Below, in pieces: positions 18,800 to 28,268 of a DNA stretch of 64,000 bases. Source of the stretch: Bacteroidetes bacterium GWF2_35_48 (GTDB lineage Bacteria > Bacteroidota > Bacteroidia > Bacteroidales > GWF2-35-48); the NCBI GenBank assembly GCA_001769125.1, contig MEOG01000020.1, positions 1,387-65,386 of the forward strand. Direction: 5' to 3'. Position numbers and translations under genes: made by a program. The notes beneath the pieces were generated by a model. It was given only the letters and a program-made list of their open reading frames with translations. It did no database searches and was not told the origin of the DNA. The stretch's first letter is position 1. Every line of letters starts with the position of its first letter.

Positions 18800-19585
18800 A
18801 TGTGGCAAGATATTAAAAAATATAGAGAAAAATATAAAAAATTAGGATTACAGAATTCGATTGATTATGAAAAATTCTGTATGATTTCTATTGTATATAA
18901 TTCATCAAAAATTGAAGGATGTTCTTTATCTGAAACCGACACAAAAATATTAATAGAAAATGATCTAACAGCAAAAGGGAAACCCCTTCGTGACCATTTA
19001 ATGGTAAAAGATCATTACAATGCATTTTTATCAATAAGAGAGAGAGCTTTCAATAAAGAAAAAATTACAATTGATTTCATAAAAGATATTAATGCAAAAG
19101 TAATGAGTAGTACGGGTGGTATTATAAAATCAATGGCTGGAGATTTTGATACTTCAAAAGGAGACTTACGATTTGCTCAAGTTTATGTTGATAAAAAATA
19201 TTTTCCGAATTATAAAGAAGTACCAAAATTACTAGAAAAATTATGTACAGCGATTAATAGTAAAATTGATACAGTAAAAGAAAACGATATTATAAAATTA
19301 TCTGCTGACATCCATTACAATTTAGTAAATATCCATCCTTTTGGCGATGGTAATGGAAGGACATCAAGACTGTTTATGAATTATATACAGTTATATCATC
19401 AAGAACCTTTGATCAAAGTTTTTACTGAGGATAGAGCTAAATATATATCTGCTTTAAATGACACAGAAGAAAATGAAAATCCTGATATTTTCAGAAACTT
19501 TATTTGCAGTCAACAAATTAAATTTTATAAAGCTGAAATAAAAAAATTCTCAAACTTAAAATCAGAATATATATTGCTGATGTAA
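18800..19585 (+). CDS. Fic-domain protein (class II, with N-terminal inhibitory helix)
   Basis: Catalytic loop HPFGDGNGRTSR and inhibitory motif SSKIEG. Confidence 0.92.
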   Translation: MWQDIKKYREKYKKLGLQNSIDYEKFCMISIVYNSSKIEGCSLSETDTKILIENDLTAKGKPLRDHLMVKDHYNAFLSIRERAFNKEKITIDFIKDINAKVMSSTGGIIKSMAGDFDTSKGDLRFAQVYVDKKYFPNYKEVPKLLEKLCTAINSKIDTVKENDIIKLSADIHYNLVNIHPFGDGNGRTSRLFMNYIQLYHQEPLIKVFTEDRAKYISALNDTEENENPDIFRNFICSQQIKFYKAEIKKFSNLKSEYILLM

Positions 19586-19640
19586 TAATCGCAAACATAG
19601 ACCTAACATCAAAACACACGAAATAAAAAACGTTATTATT

Positions 19641-19687
19641 AAACGTAAAAGAGCGCAGGGAGTAATTCTCTGCGCTCTTTTACGTTT
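19641..19687. terminator. Bidirectional intrinsic terminator between the convergent fic and aminotransferase genes
   Basis: AAACGTAAAAGAGCGCAGGGA-GTAAT-TCTCTGCGCTCTTTTACGTTT. Confidence 0.85.
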
Positions 19688-19708
19688 TACAGATAATAAA
19701 ATTTATTC

Positions 19709-20950
19709 TTAAATTTCTGCAATTTTATCAGACATATATTTTCCGGCAGCAAGTTTTTTTGCTACTTCAGAGAAAGCATTAATTGTATATTCAACATCTG
19801 CTATAGTGTGTTCTGAAGTGGGTATCAGACGGAGAAGAATAACGCCTTTCGGTACAACCGGATATGCCACCATTGAGCAGAATACGCCATAGTTTTCACG
19901 CAGGTCAACAATAACATTTGTGGCTTCGGGAATAGAGCCTGATAAAAATACAGGAGTAACCGGAGATTGCGTGTTGCCAATATTAAAGCCTTTTTCTTTC
20001 AGTCCATTTTGAAGCGCATTCACAACATTCCATAATTTTTCACGCAATTCGGGTTTGGTACGAAGTAATTCCAAACGCTTCAAAGCACCAAAAACCATAG
20101 GCATTGGGAGTGATTTTGCAAAAATCTGCGAGCGCATATTATATTTCAAAAAGTCAATCACATATTCATCCGCGGCAATAAAACCGCCGATTCCGGCCAT
20201 TGCTTTTGCAAAAGTTCCGAAATACAAATCAATTTTATCCTGCACACCAAAAAACTCACCGGTGCCCTGCCCTGTTTTTCCCATTGTTCCGAAGCCATGC
20301 GCATCATCAACAAGAAGCCGGAAATGATAGCTATCTTTTAAATCGCAGATTGCTTTTAAATTGCCCAGATCGCCGGACATACCGAAAACGCCCTCTGTTA
20401 TTACCAGAACGCCTCCGTTTTGTCTTGCTGCGATTTTTGAAGCTTTATCTAACTGCCTGTGAAAATTTTCCATATCATTGTGGGGAAACACAAAGCGTTT
20501 TCCGAGATGCATACGCATTCCGTCTATGATACAAGCATGCGCTTCAGAGTCATAAACAATAACATCGTTGCGGCTTAAAAGCGAATCAATAATTGAAATC
20601 ATTCCCTGATAACCATAATTAAGCAGGAATGAATCTTCTTTTCCGGCAAATGCAGCCAACTGTGCCTCCAGTTCTTCGTGTTTAACGGTTTGACCCGACA
20701 TCATACGCGCACCCATAGGATACGCCATTCCATAATCTTTCGCTGCTTCTGCATCTGCTTTACGCACCTCCGGATGGTTTGCAAGACCGATGTAATTGTT
20801 TAAACTCCAGTTAAGGACTTCTTTTCCCCTGAATTTCATACGGGGGTTAATTTCTCCTTCTAATTTTGGAAATGTAAAATAACCGTGTGCTTCCTTCTGG
20901 TATTTTCCAAGAGGGCCACGATTTCCTTTGATTCTTTCTAAAATATCCAC
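19709..20950 (-). CDS. PLP-dependent alpha-oxoamine synthase (AONS/KBL/SPT family)
   Basis: Motifs NNYIGLANHP, AHACIIDG, EGVFGMSGD, VDDAHGFG and GTFAK. The substrate cannot be assigned from motifs alone. Confidence 0.85.
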   Translation of the reverse strand: MDILERIKGNRGPLGKYQKEAHGYFTFPKLEGEINPRMKFRGKEVLNWSLNNYIGLANHPEVRKADAEAAKDYGMAYPMGARMMSGQTVKHEELEAQLAAFAGKEDSFLLNYGYQGMISIIDSLLSRNDVIVYDSEAHACIIDGMRMHLGKRFVFPHNDMENFHRQLDKASKIAARQNGGVLVITEGVFGMSGDLGNLKAICDLKDSYHFRLLVDDAHGFGTMGKTGQGTGEFFGVQDKIDLYFGTFAKAMAGIGGFIAADEYVIDFLKYNMRSQIFAKSLPMPMVFGALKRLELLRTKPELREKLWNVVNALQNGLKEKGFNIGNTQSPVTPVFLSGSIPEATNVIVDLRENYGVFCSMVAYPVVPKGVILLRLIPTSEHTIADVEYTINAFSEVAKKLAAGKYMSDKIAEI

Positions 20951-20976
20951 GATAATTTATTTTAAAATTTATGAGG

Positions 20977-20984
20977 CAAAGTTA
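20977..20984 (-). promoter_or_regulatory. Bacteroidota -7 promoter box
   Basis: Minus-strand TAACTTTG upstream of the GTG start at 20950. Confidence 0.55.
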
Positions 20985-21080
20985 ATTTTTTTAGAAATGA
21001 AAAAGAGAAAATAAAAATATTTATTATATGAGCTTGGGTAAAATGTGGGAAATGTTGTTGGAGAAGGGAGTTTGGAGAGT

Positions 21081-21313
21081 AAAGTCGGTAGTCGGCAGTC
21101 GAAAAAGTCAGCAGTCAGCAGTCAGGAAGTCAGCAGTCAGCAGTCAGGCAGTCGGCAGTCAGCAGTCAGCAGTCAGCAGTCAGCAGTCAGCAGTCAGCAG
21201 TCAGGAAGTCAGGAAGTCGGCAGTCAGGAAGACTGTAGGCTGAGGACTGAGGACTGTAGACTGAGGACTGTAGACTGAGGACTGTAGACTGAGGACTGTA
21301 GACTGTAGACTGA
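21081..21313. repeat. Head-to-head heptamer arrays (AGTCAGC/AGTCGGC)n then (GACTGAG/GACTGTA)n
   Basis: Directly visible. The CAGTC and GACTG cores are reverse complements. Confidence 0.92.
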
Positions 21314-21370
21314 TTAAAAAAATCTTTTTACCTAAAATAAATTATTGCCAGAAACTTGTATCAATACAGT

Positions 21371-22036
21371 TCAATCTCTCGGAAAAACATAGCCAATCTG
21401 AAAGCCTGCTGTAAAGCCGAGTTTGCCAAAGCGGTATATGCCTCTGATGCCTCCATAAGCACCAGCAAAAAAATTATCTTTAACCTGAAAATAGGCTTTA
21501 ATTCCGGTTTCGCCGCTCATGTAAATTGTTTTGGGAAGCGTTTCGAGGCGACGGGCATAGTCAACACCAAAAGGATTTACATAAATTGAAAAAGCAAATT
21601 GCGAGAAATTCCGGGGATGAATTTTAAAATTTACACCCTCGGGCAACAGCAATGTAAGAATACTCAGAAACACCCAGCCTCCACGGTTCGAGTCTGCTTC
21701 TAAAGCAAACATTAACATATAGGGAGAAACAACCGTTCCCGGAGTTCCATGAACTGAATACAGCTTGTTGTCTTTATAACTAAGTGAGAATTTATAGTTC
21801 AACGAAAGAAAATCAGTAACAGATGGTTCAAAAGAAATACCCATGCTCCATACCTGCTGGTTTCCATAAAATGTAAGATCAGGAGTTAAGGCAGCTGTCC
21901 AGCCTGTTTGAAAAATAGAAGAAGTGGTAGATTTCCCTGATTTTACAAGCGGATTGCCAGCATAGATGTTTGCAATAAAAAAAGAAAAACAAAGAAAGCA
22001 AAAAAGTTTTCGGATGTTGTTAACAGATACGCACAT
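21371..22036 (-). CDS. Hypothetical exported protein, possibly an outer-membrane beta-barrel
   Basis: Signal-peptide-like N-terminus and amphipathic strands ending in AGFQIGYVF. Confidence 0.55.
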   Translation of the reverse strand: MCVSVNNIRKLFCFLCFSFFIANIYAGNPLVKSGKSTTSSIFQTGWTAALTPDLTFYGNQQVWSMGISFEPSVTDFLSLNYKFSLSYKDNKLYSVHGTPGTVVSPYMLMFALEADSNRGGWVFLSILTLLLPEGVNFKIHPRNFSQFAFSIYVNPFGVDYARRLETLPKTIYMSGETGIKAYFQVKDNFFAGAYGGIRGIYRFGKLGFTAGFQIGYVFPRD

Positions 22037-22052
22037 TTTTCACAATAGAATT

Positions 22053-22060
22053 TAACTTTG
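22053..22060 (+). promoter_or_regulatory. Bacteroidota -7 promoter box upstream of purD
   Basis: TAACTTTG about 27 nt before the ATG. Confidence 0.55.
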
Positions 22061-22087
22061 TAAAGTTACAAAAAAATCAAAACAGAT

Positions 22088-23368
22088 ATGAATATTTTGC
22101 TTTTAGGCTCCGGTGGCAGAGAACACACCCTCGCATGGAAAATGAATCAAAGTAACTTGTTAAAAAAACTTTTTATCGCACCCGGAAATGCAGGCACTTT
22201 GCAGGCAGGCACAAATGTTTCTCTTGATATTTTAAATTTTGAATCTGTTGGAATATTCTGTATTGAAAACAATATTGAGATGTTAATTGTTGGTCCCGAA
22301 GAACCCCTTGTTAAAGGGATATGTGATTATTTTCAATCAGAAGAACGCTTGAAACATATTGCATTAATTGGCCCCACAAAAACGGGCGCACAATTAGAGG
22401 GCAGCAAAGATTTTTCCAAGCAGTTTATGGAAAGATATAATATACCAACAGCGCGATACAAGAGCTTTACAAGAGATACTGTTGCAGATGGATTTCAGTT
22501 TTTAAAATCGTTACAAGCTCCTTATGTTTTAAAAGCAGACGGACTTGCAGCCGGAAAAGGTGTTATTATTCTTGAGAATATAACAGAAGCTCAAATAGCA
22601 CTTGCAGATATGCTTGAAGGCAAATTTGGCGATGCAAGCAAAACCGTAGTTATTGAAGAATATTTGCATGGAATTGAAATGTCTGCTTTTGTTGTAACAG
22701 ATGGAAAAAGTTATAAAATTTTGCCTGAGGCTAAAGATTACAAACGCATTGGAGATAGCGACAAAGGGTTGAATACAGGAGGCATGGGAGCCGTATCGCC
22801 TGTTCTTTTTGCTAATGATGAGTTCATGAAAAAGCTCGAAGATCGTGTAATAAGGCCAACAATAAAAGGGCTGCTGAATGAAAGTATTCATTATTGCGGG
22901 TTTATTTTTTTCGGAATTATGAATGTGAAAGGAGATCCTTATGTTATTGAATACAACGCGAGGATGGGCGATCCGGAAACAGAAGTTGCTGTACCCAGAA
23001 TAAAAAATGACCTTGTGGAAATTTTTATTGCAATGGCCAAAGGCAATCTTGAAAAAATAAATATTGATATAGATAAAAGAACCGTAACGACAGTAATGAT
23101 GGTCTCTGAAGGATACCCGGAAGCGTATGAAAAAGGAAAAGAAATTTCAGGATTAGAATGTGTGGAAAACTGTATCCCCTTTCATGCAGGTACAAAATTA
23201 GAGGATGAAAAAATTGTAACAAACGGTGGAAGAGTAATTGCTGTAAGCGCTTTTGGGAAAAATATTCAGGAAGCAAGAAATTTATCGTACCAGGGAGTTG
23301 CAGTAATAAATTATGAGGGAAAATATTTCAGAAAAGATATCGGTTCAGACTTAATGAATCTAAAATAA
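22088..23368 (+). CDS. purD: Phosphoribosylamine-glycine ligase
   Basis: Motifs LGSGGREH, APGNAG, LEGSKDFSK, KADGLAAGKGV, NTGGMGA and GDPETE. Confidence 0.98.
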   Translation: MNILLLGSGGREHTLAWKMNQSNLLKKLFIAPGNAGTLQAGTNVSLDILNFESVGIFCIENNIEMLIVGPEEPLVKGICDYFQSEERLKHIALIGPTKTGAQLEGSKDFSKQFMERYNIPTARYKSFTRDTVADGFQFLKSLQAPYVLKADGLAAGKGVIILENITEAQIALADMLEGKFGDASKTVVIEEYLHGIEMSAFVVTDGKSYKILPEAKDYKRIGDSDKGLNTGGMGAVSPVLFANDEFMKKLEDRVIRPTIKGLLNESIHYCGFIFFGIMNVKGDPYVIEYNARMGDPETEVAVPRIKNDLVEIFIAMAKGNLEKINIDIDKRTVTTVMMVSEGYPEAYEKGKEISGLECVENCIPFHAGTKLEDEKIVTNGGRVIAVSAFGKNIQEARNLSYQGVAVINYEGKYFRKDIGSDLMNLK

Positions 23369-23394
23369 AAAAAGGAGCGAAAAGCTCCTTTTTT
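23368..23394. terminator. Bidirectional intrinsic terminator
   Basis: AAAAAAGGAGC-GAAAA-GCTCCTTTTTT between convergent genes. Confidence 0.85.
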
Positions 23395-23395
23395 A

Positions 23396-24097
23396 TTACT
23401 CTTTATTGAGTTTATATTTTATTCTGGCAATATATTTTTCGGCTTTTCGCGACTCCTGACTTTTTGAAAAATCTTTTTCTATTATTTCATAAATTTTCAG
23501 AGCATTATCCATGTCGCCCAGCTTTTCATAAGCCAAGGCAGCTTTCATGAAGAAAACCGGACTTGTAAAATCATTGTTTACTTTTTCAGCAGCTTTCAAA
23601 TAAAAATCTACGGCTTCTTTTGTTTTTCCAAGTTCCATGTTCGCGTCTCCGATACCGCCAATTGCAAGGGGTGCAAGAAATTTATCGCTGGATTTGAATT
23701 GATCAAGATATTCAATAGCTTTAGGAAAATCTTTCAGACGCAAATAGCACATTCCTGCATAGTATTTTGAAAGGTTACCGCTTTTTGTACTTCCGTATTC
23801 TTCGATGATATTTAAAAATCCAAAATAATTGCCATCGCCATTTAAAGCAATACGGAAAGAGTCTTTTTCAAAATATTGTTCAGCCACGAACATTTGTTTT
23901 TGAGCTTCTTCCTGTTTTGGTTTTAGATAAAAACTGTTATAAAGAAGATAACCGCCAATGACAACTATAATTGCTCCAATCACACCGGAGATAATCTTTT
24001 TATTATCTTCAATAAATTGTTCGGTTCTGCTGAGAGCGGTGTCAACAGCTATGATTTTATCGTCTGAATTATCAATATTGCTTTTTTCTTTTGCCAT
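23396..24097 (-). CDS. Membrane-anchored TPR protein (YfgM-like)
   Basis: A single N-terminal TM helix, the ALNGDG motif and TPR helices. Confidence 0.8.
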   Translation of the reverse strand: MAKEKSNIDNSDDKIIAVDTALSRTEQFIEDNKKIISGVIGAIIVVIGGYLLYNSFYLKPKQEEAQKQMFVAEQYFEKDSFRIALNGDGNYFGFLNIIEEYGSTKSGNLSKYYAGMCYLRLKDFPKAIEYLDQFKSSDKFLAPLAIGGIGDANMELGKTKEAVDFYLKAAEKVNNDFTSPVFFMKAALAYEKLGDMDNALKIYEIIEKDFSKSQESRKAEKYIARIKYKLNKE

Positions 24098-24335
24098 AAT
24101 AACTTATGTATTCAATTTTAAAGAGTGCAAATGTATGATTTTTATGAAATAAATAAAAAAAAATATTTTTTTTGTTGCTTGTTGCCTGAAATACAGTAAG
24201 AAGAGTTAATTGATTGTGTGTTTTATATCTCTGTTTAGCTCTTATTAATCCTTTTAAATTTTCAAATGAACATCATTTTTTAAATCAAAAGCTCTTTTAT
24301 ATCTTTGAAAATCAAATCTATTAAAAAAATATTCT

Positions 24336-25271
24336 ATGCAAAGCTTCAGAACGATACTGTTTACAGCCCTTTTGGTAATATCAGGCTTTTATCTTTTTGC
24401 TCAATATTCTGTACATATAAATCAGCCGCCACCAGTAAGCCGACCTCAGATTTGTTTAGTTACGGTAAGTCCGGAATCTGATAAAAATCTTATTGTATGG
24501 GAAAAAAATAATGCAGAACGTGTTGCTGAATATAAAATATACAAAAGAGATGATAATGATTTACAATATTATCCTATCGGAATAAAATCTGTAACAGAAA
24601 CAGGAATTTTTGCAGATTCTGCATCAACACCTCATCTCAAATCAAACTATTATAAAATTTCTGCAATTGATTCATGTGGAAAAGAGAGCGAACTCAGCGA
24701 CGCGCATAAAACAATTTATTTATCTGTAAGTGATGAGGGAAATTCTTTTTTGCTTGAATCAGAACACTACGAGGGGCTTTCGTTTCAAAATTATGAGATA
24801 TGGCGCGGCATTCAGGCTGATAATCTTTTTTGGATCGGCGTTAATCCTGCTGACAGTATATTTTATTCAGATATTAACGCGCCGGGTGGAACTTTTTTTT
24901 ATCAGTTAAAAATGAACTTGCCAGTTCCTTGTAACCCTGAACAAGCAAAAGAACTCAGCGGGCCTTTCATGAAATCTCTTTCAAATATTGAGGGAGTAAG
25001 CAATGTTTCTGCTTTATTACATTTTAATAAAAATAAATCCCTCATAATATTTCCCAATCCTTTTTCAGAAAAAACTAAAATTATTTTTTTAAATCCGGAA
25101 GCAAAAGAATATTCTTTAACCCTCACAGATATAACAGGAAAGCCGGTTTACGTGAAAGAAAAAATAAGATCTAATTCTGTAGAAATTGAAAAGGGAACGT
25201 TGAAGCCGGGTTATTACAATCTGATTTTAAAAGGAGAAAAATGTGAATATGGGATGTTGATCGTTAACTGA
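24336..25271 (+). CDS. Secreted protein with a T9SS type-A C-terminal sorting domain
   Basis: Signal peptide and FN3-like YYKISAIDSCGKES. CTD reads IFPNPF...LTDITGK...LKPGYYNL...LIVN. Confidence 0.8.
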   Translation: MQSFRTILFTALLVISGFYLFAQYSVHINQPPPVSRPQICLVTVSPESDKNLIVWEKNNAERVAEYKIYKRDDNDLQYYPIGIKSVTETGIFADSASTPHLKSNYYKISAIDSCGKESELSDAHKTIYLSVSDEGNSFLLESEHYEGLSFQNYEIWRGIQADNLFWIGVNPADSIFYSDINAPGGTFFYQLKMNLPVPCNPEQAKELSGPFMKSLSNIEGVSNVSALLHFNKNKSLIIFPNPFSEKTKIIFLNPEAKEYSLTLTDITGKPVYVKEKIRSNSVEIEKGTLKPGYYNLILKGEKCEYGMLIVN

Positions 25272-25289
25272 TATTTCGGGAATAGTGGA

Positions 25290-25418
25290 AAAGTCGGCAG
25301 TCGGCAGTCGAAAGAGTCAGCAGTCGGCAGTCAAATAGTCGGCAGTCATGAAGACTGAAAACTGAAAACTGAAAACTGAAAACTGAAGACTGAAGACTGA
25401 GGACTGAAGACTGAAGAC
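25290..25418. repeat. Second copy of the head-to-head heptamer element (AGTCGGC)n / (GACTGAA)n
   Basis: Shares the lead-in AAAGTCGG.AGTCGGCAGTCGAAA.AGTCAGCAGTC and the junction AGTCGGCAGTCA.GAAGACTG with 21081-21313. Confidence 0.88.
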
Positions 25419-25467
25419 CAATTAATAATTTTTTTTTTATATAACATAAGTAATAACCTAATTAAGG

Positions 25468-27933
25468 ATGAAAAAACTATATATTATTTTAATATTTCTT
25501 GCCGGTTTTAGTAAACTGTATGCTCAGCAATATGAATGTCAGGGAAGTTTATTTGATATTTTGTTAACGGGATTTCAGGAGGGTACAATATCATGGCAGC
25601 AGTCGGAAGATTCTTCTATATGGGAAATTATTCCGGGAGAAAATGATACAATTCTGGTTCAGAATGCAAGCCAGTCTTTGTACTACAGGGCTATGGTCGT
25701 AAATGAAAATTGTACTTCTTTTTCTTCTGTTACACGAATAATTATTGTTACCGCTACAGATGCTGCTATTGCAGGAGCAGATCAGGTAATTTCAAATGGT
25801 ATTGTTGCCACTTTATCTGCGCAACCTGTTACTAATGGCGCGGGAAGTTGGAGTATTTTATCAGGCTCAGGTGGTCTTATTGAGAATTCAGAAAATGCAG
25901 CAACAACGTTTACAGGCTTAAATTGCGGAGAGTATCAGCTCGTGTGGACTGTGGAAAATAATCCCTGTCCCGCCAGTGCAGATACGATTACAATAATTTT
26001 TCAGAATTACCCCACAACAGCGAGTGCAGGGAATGATCAGGTTATAACAAATTCTAATAGTACTACTATTTCTGCGCAGGTTGCAACAACAGGAACAGGA
26101 CAGTGGAGTATTCTATCCGGAATCGGAGGCTCCATTGGTGTATCAGCAAATGCAATCACGACATTTTCAGGTCAGAATTGCGCAAGCTACCAGCTATTGT
26201 GGACAGTTGAAAACAATCCATGTACCGCATCTGTTGATACGCTTTCTGTTATTTTTCAATACGAGCCTTCGGATGCAATTGCAGGGCAGAATCAAAACGG
26301 AACACAAATGTGCGGTTTAACATCTGCAAGTTTAAATGCAACAGCGCCTTCAAATGGGGTAGGACTCTGGACTGTGTTATCAGGAAATGGTGGCAGTTTC
26401 AGTGATGCATCTTTGCCCGATGCCGTTTTTTCAGGATTAGCAGGTGTGTCGTATTCACTAAAATGGGCTATTACAAATGGAAATTGTCCTGAAAAAAGTG
26501 ATACAATACTTGTCCGTTTTCGTCAAAATCCTTCTCTTGCAAATGCCGGTCAAGATATGACAGGCGTTGAAACCTGTGGTTTATCATCACTCTCGCTTTC
26601 TGCAACAGCACCAGTAGTTGGGACAGGAACATGGAGCATCGTGAGTGGCAATCCCGGCTTTTCAGATATTTATGCGCCGGATGCAACAATCATCGCAATG
26701 TCGGGAAGTTCTGTTGTTTTGTTGTGGACTGTGGAAAATGATTCCTGTACAGCAAGTACAGATCAAATAAATATTATTTTCAATCAAAATCCTTCACAAG
26801 CCAATGCAGGAGCAGATTATACAGGAGCCTCAACCTGTGGCATCACATATCTGACAATACCCGCGAATACACCTGCAGTTGGAGTCGGTGTATGGACTAT
26901 TGAAAATGGCTCTGGTGGGAGCTTTGCAGATGCAAATAATCCTTTTGCCGATTTTACAGGAATTGCCGGCACATTATATACCTTGCGCTGGACCATTTCA
27001 AATGCGCCCTGTCCTGCTTCTTCAGATGACATGCTTGTACAATTTCATCAAAATCCTTCTGCTGCAAATGCAGGAACGGATCAAGCTTTTAACGGCAGTA
27101 CCGTAACACTGGCAGCACAAAGTCCATCAGTAGGTATTGGAAACTGGAGTATTTTGAGTGGTACCGGAGGAACAATTTCTAATCCGACTAATCCTTCAAG
27201 CGGCTTTACCGGGTTGCAAGGATTAAGCTATCAGCTAATATGGACGGTATCGAACGCGCCCTGCAATTCCAATTCAGATACGGTAACTATTTGTTTATTT
27301 GTATGTGGGAATCCTTTTACTGATTACAGGGATGGCAGAACATACATTTCTTTGCAGATTGGCTCACAATGCTGGATGGGGCAAAATCTTAATATCGGCA
27401 ATATGATTGCTGCCAATACAAACCAGTTGCATAATCAGATTTATGAAAAATATTGTTATGATAATGATACAAACCAGTGCAATACGTGGGGAGGCTTGTA
27501 TCAGTGGGGCGAAATGGTGCAGTACCTCAATGGTGCATCGAATGCGGCAAGCTGGAATCCCATTCCCACGGGTTACATACATGGCATTTGCCCGACAGGC
27601 TGGCATCTTCCGAATGATCAGGAATGGAGTACTCTGACTACATTAAATGGTGGATTGGGGCTTGCAGGCGGAGAAATGAAAGAAACCGGTACAAGCCATT
27701 GGGCAAGTCCAAACACCGGAGCTACAAACAACAGCGGATTTTCTGCAATTCCATCGGGGCAAAGGGTTGCCGGAATTTTTCAGGACAAAAGCTTTTATGC
27801 TTACTTTTGGTCAACAACTGAATATTCAGCAATAAATGCATACAACAGGACACTCAGATACGACGACATGGGAATCCTATATCTTGGCTATTCTAAGCAA
27901 TATGGAAAATCGGTAAGATGTATAAGAGATTGA
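25468..27933 (+). CDS. Exported protein with about 6 Ig/PKD-like repeats and a C-terminal Fibrobacter succinogenes major paralogous (FISUMP) domain
   Basis: Repeats A-x-AG-x-DQ...G-x-WSILSG...Y-x-L-x-WT-x-x-N-x-x-C. The C-terminal domain has DYRDGRTY..QIGSQCWMGQNL, GGLYQW, GICPTGWHLP, GFSAIPSG and SVRCIRD. Confidence 0.88.
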   Translation: MKKLYIILIFLAGFSKLYAQQYECQGSLFDILLTGFQEGTISWQQSEDSSIWEIIPGENDTILVQNASQSLYYRAMVVNENCTSFSSVTRIIIVTATDAAIAGADQVISNGIVATLSAQPVTNGAGSWSILSGSGGLIENSENAATTFTGLNCGEYQLVWTVENNPCPASADTITIIFQNYPTTASAGNDQVITNSNSTTISAQVATTGTGQWSILSGIGGSIGVSANAITTFSGQNCASYQLLWTVENNPCTASVDTLSVIFQYEPSDAIAGQNQNGTQMCGLTSASLNATAPSNGVGLWTVLSGNGGSFSDASLPDAVFSGLAGVSYSLKWAITNGNCPEKSDTILVRFRQNPSLANAGQDMTGVETCGLSSLSLSATAPVVGTGTWSIVSGNPGFSDIYAPDATIIAMSGSSVVLLWTVENDSCTASTDQINIIFNQNPSQANAGADYTGASTCGITYLTIPANTPAVGVGVWTIENGSGGSFADANNPFADFTGIAGTLYTLRWTISNAPCPASSDDMLVQFHQNPSAANAGTDQAFNGSTVTLAAQSPSVGIGNWSILSGTGGTISNPTNPSSGFTGLQGLSYQLIWTVSNAPCNSNSDTVTICLFVCGNPFTDYRDGRTYISLQIGSQCWMGQNLNIGNMIAANTNQLHNQIYEKYCYDNDTNQCNTWGGLYQWGEMVQYLNGASNAASWNPIPTGYIHGICPTGWHLPNDQEWSTLTTLNGGLGLAGGEMKETGTSHWASPNTGATNNSGFSAIPSGQRVAGIFQDKSFYAYFWSTTEYSAINAYNRTLRYDDMGILYLGYSKQYGKSVRCIRD

Positions 27934-27945
27934 GTGAAAAATAAA

Positions 27946-27988
27946 AAAAAATCCCGTTACACAAGATCATTGAACAGCGGGATTTTTT
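27946..27988 (+). terminator. Hairpin / probable terminator after the FISUMP gene
   Basis: Arms AAAAAATCCCG and CGGGATTTTTT with a long loop. Confidence 0.5.
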
Positions 27989-28100
27989 ATACATTTTAAA
28001 ATGCAAGATTTTGTCATAAAATTTGCAGTTTAACCTTTTTTTACAAAAGAAAATTTCGGGCAAATTTTTCGCCAAAATTGTTTATGTATCAGTTGTTTTT

Positions 28101-28145
28101 ACCCCGAGCTTATTTCGACTTCGCTCAATAACCATTGCTCGGGGT
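28101..28145. repeat. REP-like palindrome with a central micro-element
   Basis: ACCCCGAGC + TTATTTCGACTTCGCTCAATAACCATT + GCTCGGGGT. Confidence 0.75.
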
Positions 28146-28268
28146 TACAAACATTCGACTCCTCCAGAGTCGTTTTTTTCCTGCATTTTATCTGCCACAA
28201 CAGATTCGATCAAATTTTTGTTTTCTATTAATATTTAGTCACGAGGTAAAGAGTTCTGAAATCAACGA

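Noticed and set aside
19709-20950. Definite serine palmitoyltransferase (spt) or bioF call
   Set aside because: The family motifs are shared by SPT, KBL and AONS, so the substrate cannot be resolved without a phylogeny.
21028-21278. ORFs 21028-21243 and 21045-21278 (SQQSAV-rich)
   Set aside because: These are translations of the heptamer array, with low complexity and no coding evidence.
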